A stretch of 64,000 nt of DNA from Candidatus Aminicenantes bacterium (GTDB taxonomy: Bacteria; Acidobacteriota; Aminicenantia; Aminicenantales; Saccharicenantaceae): NCBI GenBank assembly GCA_013178315.1, contig JABLWX010000001.1:5716-69715 (forward strand). Direction: 5' to 3'. How positions within the stretch are numbered: position 1 is the stretch's first letter; each line of letters begins with the position of its first letter. The notes beneath the pieces were generated by a model that had not been told where the DNA came from, made no database searches, and worked only from the letters and a program-made list of their open reading frames with translations. The position numbers and the translations under genes were made by a program. Below, in pieces: positions 54,416 through 62,909 of the stretch.

Positions 54416-55311
54416 CCAGACCTCCGGCTGATTCTGACCAGGTACCAGCGGGCCAGAAGACTGAACCCGACCACTATCACCAGCAACAACAGGGCGGCCA
54501 GGTTCAGGGCCGATTCATAACCCGGGATGGACATCATCTCACCGTAATTATTGGCCAGGAGAGCGGGCAGCGGGTAGGCGGGCGAAAATAGGGATCTGGG
54601 TATGACCGGCACGTTGCCCACCACCATCAGGACGGCGATGGTCTCTCCAAAGGCCCGCGACAGCCCCAGGCCGCAGGCGGCCAGTATTCCCGGGAAGGAT
54701 TTTTTCATCACCACGTACCTTATGACTTCAAACCTGGTGGCCCCAAGTGACAGGGCAGCCTCTTTGAGGGCCAGGGGGACAGAGTTCAGGACTTCAACCG
54801 AAACGCTGATGATGGTCGGGAGAATCATCAGGGCCAGGACCAGGGAGGCGGCCAGGATGCTATAGCCGGAACTCTGGTGGCCGAAGACCGGAGCCAGGTA
54901 TTTGCCCACCAGCGGTACCACCACCAGGACCCCCCACATCCCGTAGATCACCGACGGCAGTCCGGCCAGAAGGTCGAGGACGGGCTGGAAAACCCTTCTC
55001 ACCCTGGCCGGCGCGTACTCTGAAAGATACAGGGACGTCAGGATGGAAACCGGGACCGCCAGCAGGAAGGCGGTGATGGTCACCCAGAGGGTTCCCAGGA
55101 CAAAGGGCCAGAGACCGAAGTGACCTCGGCTGGGCAACCAGGTTGTTGAGAAAATCAGAGAAGAGAGAGATTTCAGGGAAAGCAGCGGCCAGGATTTGAT
55201 CAGCAAGGCCAGAAAAATAACCGCGGTCAGGGCGATCGGGAAAAAGGCGAAGGGCGCGGTAGCCAGTTCAGGTCCCCGGTCCTTTCGGCTTAACCTGTAG
55301 ATGGCCATCAA
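54412..55311 (-). CDS. pstC: phosphate ABC transporter permease PstC
   Basis: 299 aa with the KEAALSLGATRFE loop. 4-nt overlaps on both sides. Confidence 0.92.
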   Translation of the reverse strand: MMAIYRLSRKDRGPELATAPFAFFPIALTAVIFLALLIKSWPLLSLKSLSSLIFSTTWLPSRGHFGLWPFVLGTLWVTITAFLLAVPVSILTSLYLSEYAPARVRRVFQPVLDLLAGLPSVIYGMWGVLVVVPLVGKYLAPVFGHQSSGYSILAASLVLALMILPTIISVSVEVLNSVPLALKEAALSLGATRFEVIRYVVMKKSFPGILAACGLGLSRAFGETIAVLMVVGNVPVIPRSLFSPAYPLPALLANNYGEMMSIPGYESALNLAALLLLVIVVGFSLLARWYLVRISRRSG

Positions 55312-56396
55312 CGACTTGCCTCCGGAAGCCTAATGTCCCTGATTTTCTCAAGCTCCCGGGCCGCAGCCTGTGGGTCAAGCTTAAGGTAACCGGCTTCTTC
55401 GGATAGGTCCTGCCCGCGGGTAAGAACCCACTCCAGGAAAGCCAGGGCCACCGGGCGGACAGAAGTTTTCTTGACCACCAGGTAAAGGTCACGGGCCGGC
55501 GGAGATGGGTACAGCCCGTGGTTGATGGCCGCAGTCAAGCGGTTGCGGTCCTGGTAAAAATCCTCTTCCGGTCCGATTCGTCCATTCCCGTCCAGGTCCA
55601 GAGGCATGATGACCAGGCCGGGGTGGGGCTTGAGGGTTCCCGGGTTGTAGGCGAAATTCAGGTTGTTGAAGCCCAGGCCATAGGGGTCGCGGCGGACGGC
55701 CTCGGCCAGGCCCGGGTCGCCATAAATAGCTACCCCCTTCAGGTCTTCCTGATGGCCCCCCAGGAAGGCGGCCCAGGTCTCGGCTGCCCCACAGGCGTCA
55801 GAGCGGATGTAAACATTGATTGGGGTTTGGCCGGGCCGGCCCAGCAATTCTTCCCAGAATCGCACCTTGCCTTCTATGAAAACATCTCTCAACACTCCCC
55901 CGGTCAACCCCCTTTCCAGTATGGCTTTTAAGAAGGGGTTGTTCTGGTTGATGGTTCCGACCACGGCATCCCTGGCCACGGCCAGCGGCAGGGCTCCCCG
56001 GGCCAGCTCTTCGTGATTGACATCGCGGGAGACCATGCCGATGTCCACCAGGCCGGCCAGAACATCTGCCATGCCTTTGCCTGCCCCTCCCGCCTGGAGG
56101 TCTATTTTCACTCCCGGGTTTTCTTTCTGAAACTCTTCGGCCCAGCGGACAGCCAGCGGGTAAAGGGCCCAGGCCCCGGAGATGCTTATTTTCCCGGTGG
56201 GGGCGGGTTTCTGGTTAGTCTGTCCCCCGGTTGCCAGGGACAGCGGGACGAGCAATATGGAAAAAATTAGAAGGCCCTGAAACAATAGTTCCCCCGCCCT
56301 GGTGACCATGCGGCAGGGTAGGAGCCTGTTCAATCCAGAGCGGCGGTAATGCGGGACTCTCGGAAAATTCATATTCTTTGTCCTTGTACTATTCAT
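55308..56396 (-). CDS. pstS: phosphate ABC transporter substrate-binding protein PstS
   Basis: ISISGAWALYPLAVRWAEEF...QAGGAGKGMADV...GMVSRD. ATG 56396 overlaps the porin stop (TAATG). The internal Met at MVTRAGELLF... would give a more conventional signal peptide. Confidence 0.85.
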   Translation of the reverse strand: MNSTRTKNMNFPRVPHYRRSGLNRLLPCRMVTRAGELLFQGLLIFSILLVPLSLATGGQTNQKPAPTGKISISGAWALYPLAVRWAEEFQKENPGVKIDLQAGGAGKGMADVLAGLVDIGMVSRDVNHEELARGALPLAVARDAVVGTINQNNPFLKAILERGLTGGVLRDVFIEGKVRFWEELLGRPGQTPINVYIRSDACGAAETWAAFLGGHQEDLKGVAIYGDPGLAEAVRRDPYGLGFNNLNFAYNPGTLKPHPGLVIMPLDLDGNGRIGPEEDFYQDRNRLTAAINHGLYPSPPARDLYLVVKKTSVRPVALAFLEWVLTRGQDLSEEAGYLKLDPQAAARELEKIRDIRLPEASR

Positions 56397-57406
56397 TAAA
56401 AGCCCACCTGGAGATGGAGCAATAAGACGCTGCGGTCAGGTCCGGCTTCCTGGCTATGGTATTCATAGTTAACCTGGAACTTGGAAGCCGGGCTCAGGAA
56501 CCAGTTGGCTCCGGCAGTGTAGACCGTGGTGCCCTGGTCGGCCAGGTTCCGGTCGGGCTCAAAATGATCGAGCTTTAAGACCAGCTGGTAGCGTTCCGGC
56601 TTGAGGTCCAGGGCCGCCTGAACATACCAGCCGTTTTTTTCGGTCAGGTCATCTTTACCCTCAATGTATTCGGCCACAAGGTGAAGGAAGCTGAAGTTGA
56701 AGCTGGCTTCCAGGCCAAACCTGTTTCGGACCAGGTTGGTTGAGGTGGCCGCATCAAGCCGTCGACCGTTGTAAACGGAAAGCCCGAGATGAAATCCCCT
56801 GGCCGGATTGACAATAAGGCGACCGGCAAAATCTTTCCGGGCGTTGTCATCTTTCTTATTTATCCCGGCTCCATTAACCAGTCCAAGGCTGTATTGAAAT
56901 ATTGAAAACTGGCCGAAAACCACCAGGCCTATGTCCCGGCCAGCCGAATTGTTGTCACGTCCGGGAGCCAGAAGGTCGACCACCCGGGACCGGTTTACGG
57001 TCAGCAGCCGTCCGGCTGAGGTGGTGCTCTCCAGGCTGAACGGAACCAGGAACTGGCCGGCCCTGAGGCTGAACTTCTCGTCCAGCAGAACCTCGGCCAG
57101 GGCGTCGAGCAGGACGGGGGACCTGGTCAGGTCGGCCTGGACCTTGAAAGTCAGTTTCTTCAGGATCCGGCCGTCCAGGCTGAGCCGGGCCCGGCGGACC
57201 GAGAAGGTGTCGGCTGCGTTGTTCTGCCCGGTAAACAAAAGCTGGGCAAACCCAGAGAGTTTAAGGGGCAGGCTGCTGTATATAGCCTGGCCCTGGGGCT
57301 TCTGGTTTTCCATTTCGGGGCTGGCCCCCAATAGCGGCACCTGGAGGGAGGTCAGGAGCAGAGCACAGCTCAGGACTATCAGCCAGATTGACCTTGAGAG
57401 TTTCAC
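56396..57406 (-). CDS. phosphate-selective porin O/P family outer-membrane protein
   Basis: Signal peptide, then FSVRRARLSLDG near the N-terminus, alternating beta-strand pattern, and a C-terminal ...LLHLQVGF ending in Phe. Confidence 0.8.
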   Translation of the reverse strand: MKLSRSIWLIVLSCALLLTSLQVPLLGASPEMENQKPQGQAIYSSLPLKLSGFAQLLFTGQNNAADTFSVRRARLSLDGRILKKLTFKVQADLTRSPVLLDALAEVLLDEKFSLRAGQFLVPFSLESTTSAGRLLTVNRSRVVDLLAPGRDNNSAGRDIGLVVFGQFSIFQYSLGLVNGAGINKKDDNARKDFAGRLIVNPARGFHLGLSVYNGRRLDAATSTNLVRNRFGLEASFNFSFLHLVAEYIEGKDDLTEKNGWYVQAALDLKPERYQLVLKLDHFEPDRNLADQGTTVYTAGANWFLSPASKFQVNYEYHSQEAGPDRSVLLLHLQVGF

Positions 57407-57852
57407 CGCTTCCTCCTTTTTATGGCTGTCTGGTTTATCATCAGCTGTCTCTTGAGAACGTCTTCAAAACTCGTTTTTTCAAGGTGGGCGGCCACCATGT
57501 CCCGGACCTCTTTCCACAGCCATTTCAGGCCACAGCGCTCTTCCAGGGGACAGGGCTCATGCTCCATGACGCTGACACAATTGATCGGGGCCAGCGGCCC
57601 GTCCATGACCCGGATGACCTCGGCCACGTTGATTTCAGCCGGCGGGCGGGAGAGATAATAGCCACCGGCCGGACCTTTCTTGCTCTTGACATAACCGGCT
57701 CTTTTCAGCAGGAGCAGGATCTGCTCCAGGAATTGCTGGGGAATGGCCTGGGACAGTGAAATAATTCTTATCGGTACCGGTCCCTGGCCGTAGCGGACGG
57801 CCAGTTCCAGCATGGCCCGGCTGGCATATTCACCTCGGGTTGAAAGTCTCAT
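57403..57852 (-). CDS. Rrf2-family transcriptional regulator with three-Cys putative Fe-S site
   Basis: MRLSTRGEYASRAML... is a wHTH start. C92-X8-C101-X5-C107 sits in the position of the IscR/NsrR cluster ligands. ATGA overlap with the porin gene. Confidence 0.9.
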   Translation of the reverse strand: MRLSTRGEYASRAMLELAVRYGQGPVPIRIISLSQAIPQQFLEQILLLLKRAGYVKSKKGPAGGYYLSRPPAEINVAEVIRVMDGPLAPINCVSVMEHEPCPLEERCGLKWLWKEVRDMVAAHLEKTSFEDVLKRQLMINQTAIKRRKR

Positions 57853-57864
57853 TTGTTGGACCTC

Positions 57865-57896
57865 GATAATAGTTGATTAATTCTATCAACATTATC
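57865..57896. promoter_or_regulatory. imperfect palindrome GATAATaGTTGAT-N7-ATCAACATTATC, candidate Rrf2 operator
   Basis: 12-bp arms with one extra base in the left arm. Starts 13 nt upstream of the Rrf2 ATG, directly downstream of the candidate -10. Confidence 0.5.
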
Positions 57897-57924
57897 ATAT
57901 ATTAGTCAAGACCCGGTCTGTCAA
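57896..57924 (-). promoter_or_regulatory. candidate promoter TTGACA-N17-TATATG for the Rrf2-porin-pst operon
   Basis: Minus-strand reading with a perfect -35 (plus-strand tgtcaa at 57919-57924). Confidence 0.4.
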
Positions 57925-58097
57925 GCTTTTTTTGCGGGCGACCTGGTCCCGGCCGGCCCGCGGACGGTCGGGACTGGCCATCCCGGGGGCAGCTTTTCCC
58001 GGCAGCTTCACCTTTTTCAGGTTCCATTCCCGGACGGGCCCGGTTGCCATCGGTTGCCCGTTGTGGCATCATTTCCTATATCGAGAAGGAGGTAACC

Positions 58098-58892
58098 ATG
58101 GACGGCGGCAAGGCAGTCGGAATGGTCATCTTTGTTCTGTTGTTAGCTTGGATGACAACCGGGCTGGCCCATTCGGCCCCGGTCCAGGCCGGGGCACCGA
58201 AAGTGGAGTTCAAGGAAACCAGCCGGGACTTCGGCCGCATAAAGCAGGGTGAGGTGGTCAGCCATGAATTTACCTTCCGGAATTCCGGGAAGGGGATTCT
58301 GGTGGTCAAAAATGTCAGCACCTCCTGTGGCTGCACCGCGGCCCTGGTTTCCCAGAAAGAACTCTCACCCGGTCAGGAAGGTAAGATTAAGGTTAGCTTC
58401 GATTCCCGGGGTTATGCCGGAAAAGTTATCAAGTATATATATCTTGAAAGCAACGACCCGAGCCGGCCAAGGCAGGAACTCACGATCACGGCCGAGGTAG
58501 AAACCGGCCCGGCACCCAGGATTGAGCTGGAACCCTATAACCTGGACCTGGGCCTGGCCCTGGAGGGAGAGGCTTCGGAGGCCGTGATCAAGGTCAAAAA
58601 CAGCGGGCAGCTGGAGCTGGTTTTTGACATCGACAATCCTGGTTTTACTTTCATGGTCGGCAATAAGGTCATCGGCTTTCCCTATAAGGTTCCGGCGGGA
58701 AAGGAAATCATGCTCCGGGCCCTGGTTCCGGTGAGAGAGGGACGGACAGGTACCCAGAGAGAGTACGTGCTCATAAAGTCCAACGACCCGGCCCGCCCGA
58801 GCCTGTCCGTTTTTATCAGCCGTTACGTTGTTACCAGGGAAGAACTGCGGCGTCTGTTCGAAAAGTACGGCAAGGAACTGGGGATAAAATAG
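58098..58892 (+). CDS. DUF1573 domain protein (secreted, two Ig-like/PapD-like modules)
   Basis: ATG 58098 has AAGGAGG upstream. Signal peptide present. DFGRIKQGEVVSHEFTFRNSGKGILVVKNVSTSCGCT is the DUF1573 signature. Confidence 0.8.
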   Translation: MDGGKAVGMVIFVLLLAWMTTGLAHSAPVQAGAPKVEFKETSRDFGRIKQGEVVSHEFTFRNSGKGILVVKNVSTSCGCTAALVSQKELSPGQEGKIKVSFDSRGYAGKVIKYIYLESNDPSRPRQELTITAEVETGPAPRIELEPYNLDLGLALEGEASEAVIKVKNSGQLELVFDIDNPGFTFMVGNKVIGFPYKVPAGKEIMLRALVPVREGRTGTQREYVLIKSNDPARPSLSVFISRYVVTREELRRLFEKYGKELGIK

Positions 58893-58977
58893 ATTAGTTT
58901 CAGTTACGGAATTGCCAGCCCGCTCCGGGTTTTCAGTTCCGGCCGATGAGTTAAGGAGCCAAGTTCAAGGAGAGGAC

Positions 58978-59205
58978 GTGGCCAAAACCATCCTGACAGT
59001 CAGAGTTCAACCGAAAGCTTCCAAAAGGGAAATTGTTCCCATCACGGCCACTGAATTCAGGGTTCGGCTGACTTCTGCCCCGGAAAAGGGCCGGGCCAAC
59101 CGGGAGCTCCTGGAGCTTCTGTCTGAACACCTGGACCTGCCCTTATCCAGGTTGAAAATAGTCCGGGGCGAAAAATCCAGGGTCAAGCTGGTGGAAATCA
59201 GCTGA
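58978..59205 (+). CDS. DUF167 (YggU) family protein
   Basis: ILTVRVQPKASKREIV...RVRLTSAPEKGRANRELLELLSEHL......IVRGEKSRVKLVEI. GTG 58978 has GGAGAGGA upstream. The track ORF from 58912 adds an implausible leader. Confidence 0.75.
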   Translation: MAKTILTVRVQPKASKREIVPITATEFRVRLTSAPEKGRANRELLELLSEHLDLPLSRLKIVRGEKSRVKLVEIS

Positions 59206-59328
59206 TTGTATTTGCACTTCCGGCGCTACCCCTCCCCGCTTGCGGGTGATTTATTTTTCCCGGTTGTTATGGCGGCGGCGAATGATTACAATTAGAAGAA
59301 AATACGATCCGGCAAGCTGGGTGGAGGC

Positions 59329-60639
59329 ATGAGTTACCTGAACCTGGTTAGTTTCGGTGGCCTGGTAATTCTGGCCCTGGTGGCCTGGTTATTTTCTTCC
59401 AACAAGAAGGTAGTCAACTGGAAAGTGGTGGGTTGGGGCCTGGGGCTCCAGCTTCTTTTTGCCTTTGTCATCTTCCTGGTCCCGGCTGGCGGCCGGATAT
59501 TTCTGGCCATCAATGAAGTGGTGGTCCGGGTCCTGGATAGTGCCACTGCCGGTATCAAGTTTCTTTTTGGCCCGCTGGCCCTGCCCCCGGGAACCAGCAA
59601 CGAGAGCGGTGAAACCTCCCCTGGCTTTATCCTGGCCTTCCAGGCGCTGCCGACCGTGGTCTTTTTTGCGGCTCTGGTCGGAGCTCTTTATTACCTGAAG
59701 GTGATGCCTTTGCTGATCCGGCTGTTTGCCAGGATCTTTACCCGCCTGATGAAGATCAGCGGGGCTGAATCGCTGTGTGTCTCCAGCAATATCTTTGTCG
59801 GGGTGGAGTCCTCGCTGGTGGTCAGGCCATATCTTCCGCAGATGACCTCTTCCGAACTGGCCACGATTCTAACCGCCGGCATGGCCACCATTGCCTCCTC
59901 GGTTCTTTCGGTCTACGTGATGATTCTCAGGGCCGGCTTGCCGACCATAGCCGGGCATCTGGTGTCAGCTTCCATCCTCTCGGCCCCGGCCGCCCTGCTC
60001 ACGGCCAAACTGATGTTTCCTGAAACGGAAAAGCCGGTTACCCTGGGCCTGGACGTAAAACCCTATTACGAAAAAGAAGACAACCTGATCATGGCCATCA
60101 TCAACGGGGCCCAGTCCGGTCTAAAGCTGCTGGGGGGCATCGTGGCCCTGCTGCTGGCTTTCCTGGGGCTCCTGGCCCTTCTGGACCTGGTCCTGGGCTG
60201 GCTGGGCGGTCACCTGAATCACCTGCTGGGCTGGAGTTTTAACTGGCAGGTCTCCGGCATTCTGAGCTATGTTTTTTACCCGTTTGCCCTGGTCATGGGG
60301 GTTTCTCCCCAGGATGCCTCTCTGGTGGCCAGGCTCCTGGCCGAAAGAGTGGTGGCCACCGAGCTGGTCAGTTACCAGCACCTGGCCGGGCTGCTCCAGG
60401 CCGGTGCCTTCCACGACCCGCGTTCGGCCATCATCGCTTCTTATGCCCTCTGCGGCTTTGCCCACGTGGCTTCCCTGGCCATTTTTGTCGGGGGAATTGG
60501 GGCTCTGGCCCCAAGCCGGCTGAAGGACCTGTCGCGACTGGGGCTTAAAGCTCTGCTGGCGGCCACCCTGGCCTGCCTTATCACCGGCGCAGTGGCCGGC
60601 GTTTTCTACACCGGCTCTTCGGTGCTCTTCGGCCGGTGA
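59329..60639 (+). CDS. nupC: NupC/CNT-family nucleoside transporter
   Basis: 436 aa, polytopic, with conserved GVESSLVVRPYL, TAGMATIASSVL and LCGFAHVASLAIFVGG segments. Confidence 0.9.
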   Translation: MSYLNLVSFGGLVILALVAWLFSSNKKVVNWKVVGWGLGLQLLFAFVIFLVPAGGRIFLAINEVVVRVLDSATAGIKFLFGPLALPPGTSNESGETSPGFILAFQALPTVVFFAALVGALYYLKVMPLLIRLFARIFTRLMKISGAESLCVSSNIFVGVESSLVVRPYLPQMTSSELATILTAGMATIASSVLSVYVMILRAGLPTIAGHLVSASILSAPAALLTAKLMFPETEKPVTLGLDVKPYYEKEDNLIMAIINGAQSGLKLLGGIVALLLAFLGLLALLDLVLGWLGGHLNHLLGWSFNWQVSGILSYVFYPFALVMGVSPQDASLVARLLAERVVATELVSYQHLAGLLQAGAFHDPRSAIIASYALCGFAHVASLAIFVGGIGALAPSRLKDLSRLGLKALLAATLACLITGAVAGVFYTGSSVLFGR

Positions 60640-60715
60640 TGTCCGGATGGTAGAGCCGGCAGGTGGCATCGGATCAGTTCGGGCGCGGCTTAAGCCCGAT
60701 ATTCAGAAGATTGAT

Positions 60716-60752
60716 AACCGGGCCCAAGGGAACATCCCGTTGTGTTTTTTGT
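60716..60752 (+). terminator. possible intrinsic terminator after nupC
   Basis: AACcGGG...CCCGTT stem enclosing a GGGA-aca-TCCC mini-hairpin, followed by GTGTTTTTTGTT. Confidence 0.35.
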
Positions 60753-60873
60753 TACCAGCGAGCAACCGTCAATGCCGACGGCCAGCCCCGGAACACGGTA
60801 GCCGCTTGCTTTCCTGGTTATCCCCGATGAGAATAAAACGGCTTTCCTTCGTCTTTACTGGTGGAAAAAGTTT

Positions 60874-60902
60874 TTTAGAAACTGGCCCGGATATGGTAGA
60901 AT
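60874..60902 (+). promoter_or_regulatory. candidate promoter TTTAGA-N17-(TGg)TAGAAT
   Basis: Extended -10 aTGGTAGAAT at 60893-60902, 28 nt upstream of the USP ATG. AGGAAGGAG serves as SD. Confidence 0.4.
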
Positions 60903-60930
60903 CTGAGAAAAGCAGGAAGGAGTAACAATC

Positions 60931-61806
60931 ATGACCGGACAAATCAAGACTATCCTCTGGGCCACTGATTTTTCCAAAGAATCCTTAACGGCTCTGTCTT
61001 ACGCCAATTATCTGGGCAGACGCTTTGGGGCCGAGATCAAGGCCCTGCACGTGGTCCCGGATTTTGCCCCGGCTCTTTATGAAAGCCGGGGGGTGGTGGT
61101 GGCCGAGCTGATGGAAAAACAGGAGGAAAGCCGGCGCCAGGCGCTTAAAAAATTGCGGCGTCTTTCTGATAAGAATGAAATCAAGTTTTCTAAACTGATC
61201 GTGGATACAGGCTCGGCCGGGAAGAAGATTCCCGAATTAGCCGAGAAGGAAAAGTGCCAGCTGGTGGTCATCGGCCGCAAGGGCCTGTCGGCCCTGGAAA
61301 AGATCCTCCTGGGCAGTGTGGCCAACCAGGTCCTGCGGCGGTCCCGGGTGCCGGTTCTGGTGGTGCCCAAGCGCCGGGTCAGCCCAAAGATTGAAAACAT
61401 CCTGGTACCCACCGATTTCTCGGCTGCCGAAGAAAGGGAGCGAAACTATGCCTGGATGCTGGCCTCCAGCCTCAAGGCCAACCTGACCCTGCTCTATATC
61501 CTGGAACTTTACGATTTTAAGTTCTCCCCCGACGAGATTAAAAAGATGATGGACGAGGCCCTTCAGACACTGAAGAGCCGGAAGAAAAAGAAAGGCGAGT
61601 TTGAAATCAAGGAGGTGGTGGTCAGGGACCTGAATGCCGCGGCCGGGATTGTGACCTATGCCGCCCGGCATAAACTCGACCTGATTGTCATGTCCACCTG
61701 CGTTTCGCCGCTGGAGAGATTCTTCCTGGGCAGCACCACCGAGAAGGTCATTTCCTACTCGACCGTGCCGGTGCTGGCCCTGCCTTCGGTCTTTTGCAAG
61801 AAGTGA
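60931..61806 (+). CDS. tandem universal stress protein (two UspA domains)
   Basis: Two copies of the Usp pattern (ILWATDFS...LVVIGRKGLSALEKILLGSVANQVLRRSRVPVLVV and ILVPTDFS...LIVMST....LERFFLGSTTEKVISYSTVPVLAL). Confidence 0.88.
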   Translation: MTGQIKTILWATDFSKESLTALSYANYLGRRFGAEIKALHVVPDFAPALYESRGVVVAELMEKQEESRRQALKKLRRLSDKNEIKFSKLIVDTGSAGKKIPELAEKEKCQLVVIGRKGLSALEKILLGSVANQVLRRSRVPVLVVPKRRVSPKIENILVPTDFSAAEERERNYAWMLASSLKANLTLLYILELYDFKFSPDEIKKMMDEALQTLKSRKKKKGEFEIKEVVVRDLNAAAGIVTYAARHKLDLIVMSTCVSPLERFFLGSTTEKVISYSTVPVLALPSVFCKK

Positions 61807-62909
61807 CGGACGAAAAACGGCAGCTGCGCTGGCTGGGGCTTAATTACCTGGTCAGCGAAGGCCTGCTGTCCGCCCGCCGGGCGATTAACCTGATGGAGGC
61901 GGAGGGGGAGCTGCTCCCCGCCGATGAAGCCCTGCTCCAGGCAGCCAGACTCCGGCCGGCTGCCCGGCAAAAGCTTCGGAGCGGGGAACTACAGGCCCGG
62001 GCCGAGGCCGAACTTGAGAAGCTGACCAAAAAAGAGTATACTCTCTTACCTTTTGAGGATGCCCGGTATCCCCGGCTTTTGAGGGAAATCGTCGAACCTC
62101 CACCTGTCCTGTACTGCCTGGGCCAGCCTGATGTCCTGAACTGGGCGGCAGTGGCTGTGGTCGGGTCGAGAAGACCCAGCGGATATGGCCGGGTTATGGC
62201 CGACCGACTGTCCGAGGCCCTGGCGGCCTGCGGTCTGGTGGTGATAAGTGGCCTGGCCCGGGGAGTCGATACCCTGGCCCACCGGGGCGCCCTGCGCAGC
62301 GGCCGGACGGTGGCCGTCCTGGGGTCGGGCCTGGAAAATATCTATCCGAGAGAAAACAGAATGCTGGCAGAAAAGATTGCTGAAACTGGAGCGGTGGTCA
62401 GCGAATTTCCGCTGGACTCCGAACCTCTCAGCTTTCATTTTCCGCTGCGGAACCGGGTCATCAGCGGGTTAAGCCTGGCCTGCCTGGTGGTAGAAGCCAG
62501 CCTGAAGTCAGGCGCACTGATCACCGCCCGGCTGGCTGCCGACCAGGGACGGGAAGTCCTGGCCGTGCCCGGCCCGGTGGACTCGGAATTGAGCCAGGGG
62601 ACCAATTTGCTCATAAAACAGGGGGCCAAGCTCGTGGAATCGGTTGAAGATATCCTGCTGGAGTTACCCCCGCCCTGGAAGGAAGCGGCCCTGAGCCGGC
62701 TGGCGGAGAAGAAAAATTCTGCCCCTGAACTCGAAGGCCGGGAAAAAGAGGTCTACCAGGCCCTGCCCGGGACCTCCCTTATTCACATCGACGATTTATC
62801 TGATAGAATTCAGATATCCGTGGCCGAGCTCTTATCAGTGCTGCTGGCCCTGGAAATGAAAGACCTGGTGGTGCAGGAAGCCGGTAAATTTTTTCGCAGG
62901 AGAACTTGA
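61803..62909 (+). CDS. dprA: DNA-processing protein DprA (Smf)
   Basis: VAVVGSRRPSGYG....A..L......VVISGLARGVDTLAHRGAL, plus a C-terminal winged-helix domain. GTG 61803 overlaps the USP stop (GTGA). The track start 61794 is TTG. Confidence 0.92.
   Translation: MTDEKRQLRWLGLNYLVSEGLLSARRAINLMEAEGELLPADEALLQAARLRPAARQKLRSGELQARAEAELEKLTKKEYTLLPFEDARYPRLLREIVEPPPVLYCLGQPDVLNWAAVAVVGSRRPSGYGRVMADRLSEALAACGLVVISGLARGVDTLAHRGALRSGRTVAVLGSGLENIYPRENRMLAEKIAETGAVVSEFPLDSEPLSFHFPLRNRVISGLSLACLVVEASLKSGALITARLAADQGREVLAVPGPVDSELSQGTNLLIKQGAKLVESVEDILLELPPPWKEAALSRLAEKKNSAPELEGREKEVYQALPGTSLIHIDDLSDRIQISVAELLSVLLALEMKDLVVQEAGKFFRRRT

Noticed and set aside
57904-57925. Two GTCAAG direct repeats that might be a Pho box upstream of the pst operon
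   Set aside because: The repeats are 15 nt apart (start to start), not the 11-nt phasing of PhoB boxes. The second copy is simply the TTGACA -35 read on the other strand.
57932-58252. 106-aa ORF upstream of and overlapping the DUF1573 gene
   Set aside because: R/G/P-rich product with no SD. The DUF1573 frame has a strong AAGGAGG-ATG start at 58098.
59235-59258. Possible intrinsic terminator after the DUF167 gene (CCCG-cttg-CGGG followed by a T-rich run)
   Set aside because: The stem is only 4 bp, too weak to call.
60647-60925. 92-aa ORF filling the nupC-USP spacer
   Set aside because: No SD. It contains the probable nupC terminator and the USP promoter, and its amino-acid composition is atypical. 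Treated as non-coding.
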